Shown one piece after another: positions 10,078 through 20,262 of a stretch of DNA of 64,000 bases. The DNA is taken from NCBI GenBank assembly GCA_040904565.1, contig JBBDTI010000030.1, positions 52,976 through 116,975 on the forward strand, read 5' to 3'. The DNA is from Rhodothermales bacterium (lineage in GTDB: Bacteria; Bacteroidota; Rhodothermia; Rhodothermales; VXPQ01). The position numbers and the translations under genes were made by a program. Below the pieces are notes generated by a model, which ran no database searches, was not told where the DNA came from, and saw only the letters and a program-made list of their open reading frames with translations. Each line of letters begins with the position of its first letter. Within the stretch, counting starts at the first letter, position 1.

Positions 10078-10863
10078 TCAACGACCCGAGGAAACGTATT
10101 CTGCGAACGGCGTCTTTGCCAAAAACGACTGCACGTCGTCGTAATTGATAAGTAAATCTAAAGACGACTTTGGGGTGAGTTTTTTGTATTCACATTGGAC
10201 GCTATTCGAACTAATTCCAATATGTTCGCATATTCTGTCAACGGTGGCCTGGTGACTGGTGTCGTCTTCCAGGTCGTCTTCGTACGTAACGGAGATATGC
10301 GGGATGTCGGCTAGAATGTGGCGTTCATATGCTTCGAGAGATGCACTTCCTTTCATCCATCGCAGAATCTCTCGAGGATCGACCTTCATGCGATGGTGCT
10401 GCAACGCGCCCTGTTGAACGTTGTGATGGAAGTTAAACTGGCGTGCATGCACGTTCGAGAGGGCGTGGCGGAATAGATTGTTGCGTTTAAGGTAAATGAT
10501 CTGGTAGCCTCCCTCGTGCAAACTCGAGAGGAAGGCGCTTCCTGACGGTACGTTCTGCACGTCGCCGAGCTGGTAGCTCAATATCTTGCAGCCATAGCTC
10601 CTGGCGGCCGCTCTGGCGCACATGGCGTCGACGTGCAGCCGGGGGAACGCAACGGGATGCCGTAGAATCTCCCCATCGCAATGGACTCCGTCGACCTGGT
10701 GGAGGAGGTTCACGAGAGCCGTACTTCCTGACCGACCGCGCCCGAAGATTACGAAGCGCGTCGGACTGAGCGCGGGCCCTGCGGCAGCGTACCAGGTCGC
10801 CAGCGCCAGATGATAGGCGTAGTAGGCGCTTCCGCGAACCCGGTCTGTGTACGTGATCTTCAT
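10078..10863 (-). CDS. Sulfotransferase (Stf0/NodH-like)
   Basis: 5'-PSB-like GRGRSGSTAL, 3'-PB-like IIYLKRNN...S, VTYEDDL. Confidence 0.75.
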   Translation of the reverse strand: MKITYTDRVRGSAYYAYHLALATWYAAAGPALSPTRFVIFGRGRSGSTALVNLLHQVDGVHCDGEILRHPVAFPRLHVDAMCARAAARSYGCKILSYQLGDVQNVPSGSAFLSSLHEGGYQIIYLKRNNLFRHALSNVHARQFNFHHNVQQGALQHHRMKVDPREILRWMKGSASLEAYERHILADIPHISVTYEDDLEDDTSHQATVDRICEHIGISSNSVQCEYKKLTPKSSLDLLINYDDVQSFLAKTPFAEYVSSGR

Positions 10864-10903
10864 TCCGGATCGCCTGCGGCCATCGGGCGGCTAAATGTGG
10901 GCG

Positions 10904-11677
10904 TCATTGCTGGAGGGCGACGGAATCATAGGTTTTGGGATTGACGCGCTCCTTTCGGAAGGCCCCGAATCGCCAGTAGAGCATCTTGGCCGCATAGACG
11001 GCATAAAACTGTGCCCACTGGGCAGGCGTGACGTCCGGCGTGTCCCATTCATCCGGAAACGTGTAGCCCAGATATTTCATGACTGGACCAAATACACGGA
11101 AGGCCTGAGGCCGAATAGAGAGGTCGTACAGCGCGAGATGATCCCGTGCTGGCTTCGCCGTCGGGTTGATGACGGGCAGCGGTCTGACCTGCTGTAAATC
11201 GAGTCGCTGAAGCAGCCGGGAGAAGTCCGCCTGCAGGTCTTCGAATCGGATGACAAAGTCCGATTGCCTACGGGCGAGCACGGAGCGGTTGACGTAAGGG
11301 CGATGGTAATAGGTGCGAAAATAGGACGCGAAATCGGCATCGTTTCGCTGGATGAACGCGTACTGGCGAACCCTCTGTTCGGTGACCCAACCGCCCTGTT
11401 TGCGGTGCGCGGACGGATCCGTCATCTCGCCTCTGTGATTACTCTTCAACTTGAAATATTCCGTAACGACATCATCCATGGGACTCCGAATGCCCGCGAA
11501 AATGAAATAGCGGCCGGCTTCTTCGCGTCCCGCCCATTCGACGAAATGTTGATAGGTCGCATGTTTGAATAGAACGCCCTCGCCGCCGTAGAACTGCCTG
11601 AGCTCATTTGCGATGGCGGTGCAGGCGGTTCTGGGGTTCTCGACGAAGACGTATTTGTGCTCCGGGCTTATGATCAT
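10904..11677 (-). CDS. Sulfotransferase family 2
   Basis: MIIS..HKYVFVENPRTACTAI, IRSPMD, DFVIRFEDLQADF. Confidence 0.8.
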   Translation of the reverse strand: MIISPEHKYVFVENPRTACTAIANELRQFYGGEGVLFKHATYQHFVEWAGREEAGRYFIFAGIRSPMDDVVTEYFKLKSNHRGEMTDPSAHRKQGGWVTEQRVRQYAFIQRNDADFASYFRTYYHRPYVNRSVLARRQSDFVIRFEDLQADFSRLLQRLDLQQVRPLPVINPTAKPARDHLALYDLSIRPQAFRVFGPVMKYLGYTFPDEWDTPDVTPAQWAQFYAVYAAKMLYWRFGAFRKERVNPKTYDSVALQQ

Positions 11678-11755
11678 GGCACTGGAATGGGTGTCGATCG
11701 TTCTCGGTTGGCTTGCGCCGAAGGGTTTTCTGTCTGTCGTAGCATCCCGCGTGCA

Positions 11756-13063
11756 TCACGGAAACGGATGAATCACCGTCCTGTCTACCGACGCATCCCG
11801 GGCCGGGAGGTCTGTTTCGTAAGACGCCGAATCCGTATTCTCGAATCCTGCCGGCGCCCGCACATCAGTCCGCGGCATCGTTTCGCGATCGCTCAGGACA
11901 AGGCGGAGAAGATCGTACACGCCGGCAGCGTAGCGCTCGATGGTGAAGAGGTCGCGTGCCCGCTGCGCGCCACGCCGGCCCAGTGACCGTGCCCATTCCG
12001 GATCGTCGAGAAACTGTGTCATGGATGCAGACAGCGTTTCGTGCTCACCATCATACAGCAGGCCCGTCTCGCCATGTCGTATCAGCTCGGCCGTGCCGGC
12101 GCCGCGAAATCCGATAACGGGGCGGTACGACGCCATCGCCTCTGCCGTGACCCGGCCCATCGCTTCGTTTCGTGAGCACATCAAGACGGCATTCGCATGC
12201 CGATAGACGTCGTAGACGTCGTCGGTGAAGCCGTGGAAATGGACGTGCGCTCCAAGATTCAGCCGGTGGACTAGGTCCTCAAGTCTCTTGCGATAGTCCG
12301 CGGATCCGGAGCCGGCGAGCACCAGCTTGACGTTTCGCCCAGCCCGAATCAGCTCGTGGAGTGCCTCTATCGCCGTTTGCTGCCCCTTGGCAGGGTGAAG
12401 TAGACCGACGAGAGCAAACGTGTACGGTGCATCCGACGGATGCCGGACCGGTTCGGGTCGAAGCTTTTCCAGATCCGCCGCCCACCCGATGCCGCTGTAT
12501 ACGACCTTCATGCGAGGTGACGCAGTCAAGTGGTAGTATCGTCGAACCGCCTCCGATACCGCAACGATGCCTTCCGCCCGGTTGATGAGCCAGGTCTGAG
12601 CGGTCCGTCCGAAATCCGGGACGAAGGCGTAATCGAGATCGCCAAACTCGCGGAGATGCCAGACGTGCGGCAATCTCAGGAAGCCTGCCGCGATCGCACC
12701 GCTGAGCAAGAGACTGGAATTTGAATAGACGATGTCCGATCGCCACGCTCGAAGCTGTCGGACCACGGCGGGCGCGGCGGCGACGTTCGTCCGGAACTGG
12801 CAGAACCCGTTCCTCCCTCTATGCATCATACGCCGGGCCGTGGGCATTCGACCATAGCCTTTGGGCAAGCGAGATGCCCAGCGTCCGAGATGAAGTACGC
12901 GGACAGGCGTGCCACGCCGAACGAGTTCCTCGACCAGCGGGCCTTCTGCGGAGACGAGAACAGACGACTCGACCCCGTAATTCCGCAACCCGTCGATCAA
13001 GTCCAGCAGCGAACGATTCGCACCGTAGAGCTGGGGATAATGTGTCAGGAAGGTGACCCGCAT
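11756..13063 (-). CDS. GT4 family glycosyltransferase
   Basis: LYGANRSL, HVWHLREF, KGQ, EAMGRVTAEAMA; start placed at MRVTFL. Confidence 0.9.
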   Translation of the reverse strand: MRVTFLTHYPQLYGANRSLLDLIDGLRNYGVESSVLVSAEGPLVEELVRRGTPVRVLHLGRWASRLPKGYGRMPTARRMMHRGRNGFCQFRTNVAAAPAVVRQLRAWRSDIVYSNSSLLLSGAIAAGFLRLPHVWHLREFGDLDYAFVPDFGRTAQTWLINRAEGIVAVSEAVRRYYHLTASPRMKVVYSGIGWAADLEKLRPEPVRHPSDAPYTFALVGLLHPAKGQQTAIEALHELIRAGRNVKLVLAGSGSADYRKRLEDLVHRLNLGAHVHFHGFTDDVYDVYRHANAVLMCSRNEAMGRVTAEAMASYRPVIGFRGAGTAELIRHGETGLLYDGEHETLSASMTQFLDDPEWARSLGRRGAQRARDLFTIERYAAGVYDLLRLVLSDRETMPRTDVRAPAGFENTDSASYETDLPARDASVDRTVIHPFP

Positions 13064-13300
13064 CGCGGCGCCATGTTGAACGGGAGAAAAGCGCGAAGCC
13101 CAATTTCTCGTAATTCGTTCCGTTTGACCCGTGCGCGGAAGCACACGTCCATCGACGCCCTCCGAAGACATTCCGCAATTGCCGTTCAGTGTGATGAATG
13201 TTTACGCGAGGCGCTGGAATGCCCGGACACCGGCCTCCCCTTCCTCCGCCACTGATTCCAATGCACCGGGGGCGGCTTGCGACGAGATGACGAACTGAAG

Positions 13301-14134
13301 ATGACCTTGATTTTTCAACACATTCCAAAAGCTGCCGGCAGCACGCTACTATCCATTCTCAGACGACATTTTTCTCCCTCGGAGACCTGCTTCCTGACGG
13401 GACCCGGTGGGATTCGGGAAGCCGAATTCGAACGGCTTCCGCTAAAAGAGCGGGAGGGATTTCGGCTCGTCATGGGGCATATGTATTTCGGCATTCATCG
13501 GCATCTGCCCGGTCCGTCCACCTACATCACGATGCTGCGGCACCCGGTCGATCGGGTCATCTCGCACTACCATTACGTAAAGAGAACGCCTCACCACTAT
13601 CTATACGGACGCGTTGCCTCCGAAAAGATGTCGCTCGAGGGATACGTCTCGGATGGGATCGCACTCGAACTGAACAACGGTCAGGTTCGAAGTCTTTTTG
13701 GGCTGGAGCATCAGCTGGTGGAATACGGCCAGTGCTCGGACGAGATGCTTCGGGTGGCCGAACGGCACCTCCTGGAGAACTACTCCGTGGTGGGTCTGAC
13801 GGAACGGTTCGATGAAAGTCTATTGCTGATGCGACGGCGGCTCGGGTGGACGTTTCGTCCCGTATACGCCGCAAAAAATGTTGCAAGGAAGAACGCCGGC
13901 GCCTCCAATGTTTCGAGAAGAATCGTCGAGATCATTGAGAGGGACAACGCGCTTGATCTGGAACTCTACGAGCGCGTAGCGAAGTCCTTTTCGAGGGAGG
14001 TGGAGCAAACGGACGTGTGCAGCGAACTCAGATCGTTTCGCCTTCTCAACGGCATATACGGACGCTACGTCAAGGTCAGGAAGATGACTCGCACCGTGGC
14101 CCGGACTTCCCGAAGCGCATTTGAGATCGGGTAA
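13301..14134 (+). CDS. Sulfotransferase family 2 / Gal-3-O-sulfotransferase-like, paralog 1
   Basis: FQHIPKAAGST, LRHPVDRVISHY, VVGLTERFDESL, NALDLELY. Confidence 0.85.
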   Translation: MTLIFQHIPKAAGSTLLSILRRHFSPSETCFLTGPGGIREAEFERLPLKEREGFRLVMGHMYFGIHRHLPGPSTYITMLRHPVDRVISHYHYVKRTPHHYLYGRVASEKMSLEGYVSDGIALELNNGQVRSLFGLEHQLVEYGQCSDEMLRVAERHLLENYSVVGLTERFDESLLLMRRRLGWTFRPVYAAKNVARKNAGASNVSRRIVEIIERDNALDLELYERVAKSFSREVEQTDVCSELRSFRLLNGIYGRYVKVRKMTRTVARTSRSAFEIG

Positions 14135-14230
14135 TTCCGTCTTTCTCACCTTTCGCTACGACCTTTACTATGCTTGCGCGGACGGCACGTTGCCGAAACG
14201 TCCGCAATCCGTTTTCTACTGGTCATATAG

Positions 14231-15283
14231 GTGAAGCGTTTGGCGGAACATAGAGAATCTGAATGGAACGGTTCGTCCGCACCGGCAGCTGACGATCAGC
14301 CGGCCTCGAAGGATGCGACGATCATCTTCCACCATATACCCAAGACCGCAGGAAGTACCCTCGAATCGATTCTGGAACGTCGCTATGCGTTTCGCGAGAT
14401 CTTCGACGTTGACAGAAGCCGCGACGTGCACGAGAGGCTCCTGGGATCCGTGCCTGACGAGACCCGTGCTGGTATTCGACTCATCAAGGGACATATGGAT
14501 TTTGGCGTCCATCGCTTCATCGCCAATCCGTACGCCTATATCACCATACTTCGGCACCCCGTCGAGCGCGTGATCTCACACTACTACTACGTCATGCGTA
14601 CGGCCGGACATCGGCTCCACTACGACGTTGCATTCACGGGCATGAGCCTGGAGCAATACATCACCAGTGGGATCACGCTCGAGCTGAATAACGGTCAGGT
14701 TCGAAGTCTCGTCGGGCCCGAACATCTTGGCGTCGAGTATGGCCGATGTACGAGGGAGATGCTCGGCACGGCGCAGCGGAATCTGACGAGGCACTTCTCT
14801 GTCGTGGGTCTGACGGAGCGCTTCGACGAGACGCTCTTGCTGCTCAGGAGGAGACTGGGATGGTCGGCTTGGCCATTTTATCGACCAAAAAACGTCTCGA
14901 AAGCCCGGCCGCTTGCGGCAAGCATCCCTCGGGAGGTAATTCGGTTGATTGAAGCGCATAATGAACTCGATCTGGAGTTGTATGAAGCCGCTCAAGCAGC
15001 TTTTACGGAGACGATCGCCGGGCTTGAGCTGAGTGAGGAACTCGCGCGCTTCCGACGCTGGAACCGGGTCTTGGGCCCGTGCAGTGCGACGTTCGATGCG
15101 TTTCGGACGATTCGTCGTCGGCTCGTGTCGGACGATGAGGGAGCGCTATCGCTGGTGCGCCCCGGTTACGCTGCCCAATCGGTGGGTTCGTCGGGCGATT
15201 CCAGTCAGCGCCGTCATTCGGATCCGCGCGCACTCGCGCTGCGGCCCTCGTCGAGCGTGGAGGCCACAAATGGGAAAACCTGA
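14231..15283 (+). CDS. Sulfotransferase paralog 2 (extended C-terminus)
   Basis: FHHIPKTAGST, LRHPVERVISHYYY, VVGLTERFDETL. Confidence 0.85.
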   Translation: MKRLAEHRESEWNGSSAPAADDQPASKDATIIFHHIPKTAGSTLESILERRYAFREIFDVDRSRDVHERLLGSVPDETRAGIRLIKGHMDFGVHRFIANPYAYITILRHPVERVISHYYYVMRTAGHRLHYDVAFTGMSLEQYITSGITLELNNGQVRSLVGPEHLGVEYGRCTREMLGTAQRNLTRHFSVVGLTERFDETLLLLRRRLGWSAWPFYRPKNVSKARPLAASIPREVIRLIEAHNELDLELYEAAQAAFTETIAGLELSEELARFRRWNRVLGPCSATFDAFRTIRRRLVSDDEGALSLVRPGYAAQSVGSSGDSSQRRHSDPRALALRPSSSVEATNGKT

Positions 15284-16136
15284 GCCGAGGGATATGACCG
15301 CTATCTTTCTACATGTCCCCAAATCGGCCGGCAGTACGCTGCACACGGTACTCGAGCGCATGTATCCGTCCGATGCCGTGTATGACATCCCGGGCCCGAT
15401 GTCGGCCCGCGAAACGACGTTCAGTCAGCTCTCCCCGGAGGAGCACGCCCGCATCAGGCTCGTTAAGGGGCACATTCTCTTTGGCATTCATCGGTGTACG
15501 CCGAACCCCTTCACCTACATTACCGTGCTCCGACATCCCGTCGAGCGCGTCATTTCCCATTACTACTTCGTCAAACGCCGTCCGCACCACCGGTTGCACG
15601 ACACGATAGCTTCTTCAAACATGAGCCTGGAGGAGTATGTCCTGGGTGGAACGGCCCTCGAGCTTGACAACGGACAGGTTCGGGCGATCTACGGCTCAGA
15701 TCATCTGAAGGTGGGATATGGCGACTGCACGGATCACATGCTGGAATCGGCACTCGACAATCTCGAGTCCTACTTCTCCGTGGTCGGCATCGCGGAGCGG
15801 TTCGATGAGACGCTTCTACTGATGGCACGCAGGCTGAATTGGAATCGTCGCCCGCTGTACGTGCGCCGCAACGTCACGAAGAATAGACCTGCCCTGGAGG
15901 CGGTCTCACCACGAGTTCTGCGGGAAATCGAAGCGGCAAACGCCCTCGATCTCGCCCTGTATGAACGTTCTGTACAGCGCTTTGACGAGGCCTCGAAGCG
16001 GCACGACGTGCCGTCAGATCTCGATCGATTCAGGCAGTGGAACGAGCTGTACGGCCGATGTGCGGCACCGATATCAGCTCTTCAGTTCCGGCTTCTTAAC
16101 ATCAAACATCGGCGAAGAGTACCGACACATGTCTGA
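15270..16136 (+). CDS. Sulfotransferase paralog 3
   Basis: FLHVPKSAGST, LRHPVERVISHYYF, VVGIAERFDETL; start at MGKP (15270) or MTAIF (15294). Confidence 0.85.
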   Translation: MGKPEPRDMTAIFLHVPKSAGSTLHTVLERMYPSDAVYDIPGPMSARETTFSQLSPEEHARIRLVKGHILFGIHRCTPNPFTYITVLRHPVERVISHYYFVKRRPHHRLHDTIASSNMSLEEYVLGGTALELDNGQVRAIYGSDHLKVGYGDCTDHMLESALDNLESYFSVVGIAERFDETLLLMARRLNWNRRPLYVRRNVTKNRPALEAVSPRVLREIEAANALDLALYERSVQRFDEASKRHDVPSDLDRFRQWNELYGRCAAPISALQFRLLNIKHRRRVPTHV

Positions 16137-17928
16137 CGTATCCAGGAAACTCAATGCGCTCCTCACCGTGCGTGAGAAGCGGTCCTTCGCCTTACTGATC
16201 GCGGCGATACTGGCCATGGCATTTCTGGAGGTTGCCGGGATTGCCGCGATCATGCCTTTCATGCAAATCGTTTCGGCACCTGAGACGGTGCAATCAAACC
16301 GCTGGCTTAGTGCTGTCTATGAGTGGATGGATTTCGACAGCGTCCGCAGTTTCATGCTGTTCGTGGGCGGCCTCGTTCTCGGGGTCATGACGCTTTCCAA
16401 GATCGCCGGTGCGTGGACCAAGTGGATGCAGCACCGCTTTGTCTGGCTCACGGCGCACTCGCTGTCGACGCGCTTGTTGACGCGGTATCTCCAGCAGCCG
16501 TATGAGTTTTACCTGACCCACGCGCCGACGACGCTGCAAAAGCAGGTCGTTGGAGAAGTAAAGCAACTCGTACGCGAGGTGCTGTTGCCATTGGTACGGT
16601 TGATCGCACAGGGGATCGTGGCCGTCGTCATCTTCATTCTCCTGATCATTGTCGACCCCGTGCTCGCCTTAACGGTGCTCGGCACGCTCGGCGGTGCGTA
16701 CGCCGTCATCTATTTCACCGTCCGACGCTATCTGTCTAAGCTCGGCTCCAGGCGGTTCATACTATTTCGGCAGTCGTTCAAAGCCGTTGCCGAGACGTTC
16801 GGGGTGGTAAAAACGATCAAGGTGCATCGTTCCGAACGCCACTTCATCGAACGCTTTCGGGTCATCGATCGCGAGCAATCCAGAATCCAGCCGAAATATG
16901 CGGTAATAGCCGAGACCCCTCAGATTCTCATCGAACTTCTGGCCTTCGGTGGAATTCTCGTCATCCTCCTGTATCTGCTGGCGACGGAGCAGAATATGAG
17001 GACGGTGATTCCGATGCTGAGCCTGTACGCTGTCGCGGGGCATCGGCTCATCCCGTCACTGCAGCAGGCATTCAATGCGCTGGCGATGCTGCGCTTCAAC
17101 CACAGCGTCCTGGATTCCATACATGAGGACCTGACACAGATCGGGGCGTTACCCCTGCTGAACGGCGTTTCGATAGAGGGGAGACATCGAGGCATTAGAA
17201 GCATCGAGCTGCGCGACGTTTCGTACAGCTATCCGTCGTCGGAGGAAGTTATTCTCAAGAACATCAACCTGAATATCAAACCGGGAAGCCGCATTGCCTT
17301 CGTCGGTTCTACCGGATCGGGAAAATCCACACTGGCTGATATCATCCTCGGTCTGCTTCCACCTACGACCGGCGAGGTAATCGTGGACGGCGTTCCCCTA
17401 ACCGCCGAAAAGGTGCGAGCGTGGCTCGGCATGATAGGTTACGTCCCACAGGAGGTCATCTTGACCGACGATTCGATCGTTCGAAACATCGCGTTCGGTC
17501 TCGATCAAGACCAGATCGACATGGAGCTGGTACGGAGCGTATCCGCAGTAGCATGCATCCTTGATTTCGTCGAGCAGGATCTGCCCGACGGGTTTGATAC
17601 GCGAGTGGGGGAGCGAGGAATTCGCTTGAGCGGAGGCCAGCGTCAGCGTATCGGCCTCGCGCGGGCGCTGTATCACGGTCCCCAGGTGCTGGTCCTTGAT
17701 GAGGCGACGAGCTCACTTGACGGTGTGACGGAGGATTCCGTGATGAACGCTCTGTCGCAGTTGAAGAGACGAATGACCGTCATCACGATCGCGCACAGGA
17801 TTGCCACCGTCGAAGGCTGCGACAAGATCTACCTGCTCGATAACGGCCGCATCGTGGAAGCGGGCAGCTACGAAGACTTGATGGAGACAAGCACGGCCTT
17901 TCGCGGCCTTGCCCGTGTCGCATTGTGA
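16129..17928 (+). CDS. Fused ABC exporter, PglK/HetA-like lipid-linked-oligosaccharide flippase
   Basis: N-terminal TM domain, Walker A GSTGSGKST, LSGGQRQR, LDEATSSLD; located in a glycan cluster. Confidence 0.85.
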   Translation: MSDVSRKLNALLTVREKRSFALLIAAILAMAFLEVAGIAAIMPFMQIVSAPETVQSNRWLSAVYEWMDFDSVRSFMLFVGGLVLGVMTLSKIAGAWTKWMQHRFVWLTAHSLSTRLLTRYLQQPYEFYLTHAPTTLQKQVVGEVKQLVREVLLPLVRLIAQGIVAVVIFILLIIVDPVLALTVLGTLGGAYAVIYFTVRRYLSKLGSRRFILFRQSFKAVAETFGVVKTIKVHRSERHFIERFRVIDREQSRIQPKYAVIAETPQILIELLAFGGILVILLYLLATEQNMRTVIPMLSLYAVAGHRLIPSLQQAFNALAMLRFNHSVLDSIHEDLTQIGALPLLNGVSIEGRHRGIRSIELRDVSYSYPSSEEVILKNINLNIKPGSRIAFVGSTGSGKSTLADIILGLLPPTTGEVIVDGVPLTAEKVRAWLGMIGYVPQEVILTDDSIVRNIAFGLDQDQIDMELVRSVSAVACILDFVEQDLPDGFDTRVGERGIRLSGGQRQRIGLARALYHGPQVLVLDEATSSLDGVTEDSVMNALSQLKRRMTVITIAHRIATVEGCDKIYLLDNGRIVEAGSYEDLMETSTAFRGLARVAL

Positions 17929-17975
17929 TTCACTCCGCCCCCGGCCACGGACCAGACGCCTTCGCGGCGATATAG

Positions 17976-19010
17976 ATGAAGGACAACGTGGAAAGAAAGC
18001 CGCCGACGCTCCGTGAGCTGCCGCCACCCCCGGAAGGAAGGACGGGCTGGCCATGGACGGCGGGCGTAAAGCCGGGCCCCCCTGTCCGACCGGACGGTAC
18101 GCCCTGGCCGCGCATTACGGTCGTGACGCCCAGCCTGAACCAGGGGATGTACATCGAGGAAACCATCCGTTCCGTGCTGTTGCAACAGTATCCCGGCATG
18201 CAGTACGTCATATTCGATGGTGGCAGTAGCGATGAAAGTGTCTCCATCATCCGGAAATATGAGCCATGGATCTCTCACTGGGTCAGTGAGCCGGACCGCG
18301 GTCAGAGCCACGCGATAAACAAAGGACTTGCGATGGCCACAGGGGATATTGTCAACTGGATCAACTCCGACGACATCCTTACTCCTGGCGCGCTGCGGAT
18401 CGTAGGAGAGGCATTCGTCGATTGTGACATGGTCGCCGGCGGCAATTACTTCTTATTTCGGAATCTGGAAAAAGACCGGTATGCAAAGGGTCTGACGGCG
18501 AGGGGACTCCTTCGACGGGAATCGACGTCGCGTCTGCAGCAAATGGCGATGTGGTTTCGGCGAGACGGCGCACTGCTGTGCGGGGGTATGGATGAGGAGA
18601 TGCATTTTGCATTCGATCAGGACTTTTTCGTTCGGTATCTCCATACGTTTCCGAGGGTCACCTACGTCAGCGAAATGCTGGGGTGGTTTCGGCAGCACGA
18701 AGCGGCGAAAACGGCCGCACTCCGGCCGAAATTCCTTCCGGAGCGCCTGCGCACGGTCGACAAGATCCGTCAGGATCCCAGGTGGGCCGATCTAAAAAAG
18801 GACGCGGAATATGCGGCGCGAAGATATCAGTGGTGGATTCGACTAGCCGATATCGTAAACAGCCCCGTTAAGAGTACGCGCCTGCGAGCTCTCAGGGTCT
18901 TGATTACGTCCGGCGTCGATCCATCCATTCGCTGGGATTACGTCACACGCAAGGCCGTGAAGAAGCTCCTTATGGGATCTGAATTACGTCCTTTCACACC
19001 CGTCATTTGA
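17976..19010 (+). CDS. GT2 family glycosyltransferase
   Basis: LPPPPEGRTGWPW leader, ITVVTPSLNQG, DGGSSD, EPDRGQSHAINKG, WINSDD. Confidence 0.92.
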   Translation: MKDNVERKPPTLRELPPPPEGRTGWPWTAGVKPGPPVRPDGTPWPRITVVTPSLNQGMYIEETIRSVLLQQYPGMQYVIFDGGSSDESVSIIRKYEPWISHWVSEPDRGQSHAINKGLAMATGDIVNWINSDDILTPGALRIVGEAFVDCDMVAGGNYFLFRNLEKDRYAKGLTARGLLRRESTSRLQQMAMWFRRDGALLCGGMDEEMHFAFDQDFFVRYLHTFPRVTYVSEMLGWFRQHEAAKTAALRPKFLPERLRTVDKIRQDPRWADLKKDAEYAARRYQWWIRLADIVNSPVKSTRLRALRVLITSGVDPSIRWDYVTRKAVKKLLMGSELRPFTPVI

Positions 19011-19023
19011 ACGGAAGGGCACC

Positions 19024-20208
19024 ATGAGATTATTTTCTTCTCGACGTCCACTTCTAAAGCAAAAAAGGCAAACGTTAGGCCCCGTACGGTTTAACGAAGT
19101 ATGCCCGCACGTACGAAAGGACTTCTACACCCCGGCCCGCGAAGTATCAATTCCGGACGCCAGGGCCCTTCCTGCATCGAAGCCCTGGAGCCACCTGCGA
19201 GGCGGAACGTACGTCGTGCCGGAAGACTTCGTGTCGGTGCTTCAGGATCCGTACTACTGCACGACGAACAACGTCCTCTTGGTCGATGAACGACGGGTAC
19301 TGCTCGAGTCGATGAACGCGGAAGTTGGCGTGGCCAAATCGCTGGCACCCGTTTCGACAGAAGCCTTCGAGCGAGCGGAGACCATCCGTGGAGTCACGAC
19401 CTCGTTCGATTCGAACTTCAGCGGCTATTACCATCAACTCGTCGAGCTTCTTCCTCGGATCGCCGCACTCAACACGCAGCCGTACACCGATATGGACGAA
19501 GTAAAGCTGCTCTGTCCGGAGGTGGTGTACCCCGTTGCGAGATTGGTGCTGGAACGTATGAGCAAGCTGAACCTTCGCCCGATGCACGTCGAGAAAGGAC
19601 GTGTTCTGCGGCCGGAACAGTATCTCTTCACACCTTTCAAGACGCGCCAGTTCGCCGGATATGTGCCGGCGTCGTACGTGAGGGCCGTGCACGAAGCCGT
19701 TCTCCCGCAACGCCCTCCGTCCCGACGCCATCGCATTTTCATCTCGCGGGAAGGCTCGAGCAAGCGCCAGATGCTCAATCAGGAAGATCTACTGAGCGCA
19801 CTGTCCCGGCTGGGTTTCCAGAAATTCATCCTGGAGGACCTGTCCGCGCCGGAGCAGATCGAACTCTTCCACGACGCGGAGGTGGTGGTAGGCACGCACG
19901 GCGCGGGGCTTACGAACGTCCTTTTCTCGAAGCGGCTGAAAGTACTCGAGATATTCCCTCGCGATTTCATCGAGCCGCACTACCTGTTTCTCTGTAATTC
20001 GCTGGGCCATACCTACAGACATCTGGTCAATGAAAACTGCTCGCGTTGGGACCTAGACTATCTCGCCGTACGCGCTCGACAGCGGATCGACCGTTCCTCG
20101 TCCTGGAATGGGTACGATGCGTATTCGAGCGCGCGCTCCATCAACCTGTCTTTTTCTGTCGACGTGCCGTCCGTAATAACGAGTCTGGCGGAGATGGGCG
20201 TACGATAG
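19024..20208 (+). CDS. GT61 (DUF563) glycosyltransferase
   Basis: YYHQLVELLPR, IFISR...RQMLN, QIELFHDAEVVVGTHGAGLTN. Confidence 0.85.
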   Translation: MRLFSSRRPLLKQKRQTLGPVRFNEVCPHVRKDFYTPAREVSIPDARALPASKPWSHLRGGTYVVPEDFVSVLQDPYYCTTNNVLLVDERRVLLESMNAEVGVAKSLAPVSTEAFERAETIRGVTTSFDSNFSGYYHQLVELLPRIAALNTQPYTDMDEVKLLCPEVVYPVARLVLERMSKLNLRPMHVEKGRVLRPEQYLFTPFKTRQFAGYVPASYVRAVHEAVLPQRPPSRRHRIFISREGSSKRQMLNQEDLLSALSRLGFQKFILEDLSAPEQIELFHDAEVVVGTHGAGLTNVLFSKRLKVLEIFPRDFIEPHYLFLCNSLGHTYRHLVNENCSRWDLDYLAVRARQRIDRSSSWNGYDAYSSARSINLSFSVDVPSVITSLAEMGVR

Positions 20209-20262
20209 CCGAGTCATCGATCCTGTGGTCGGTCCGCTGCGAACTATCGCAGCCGCCTCCCA

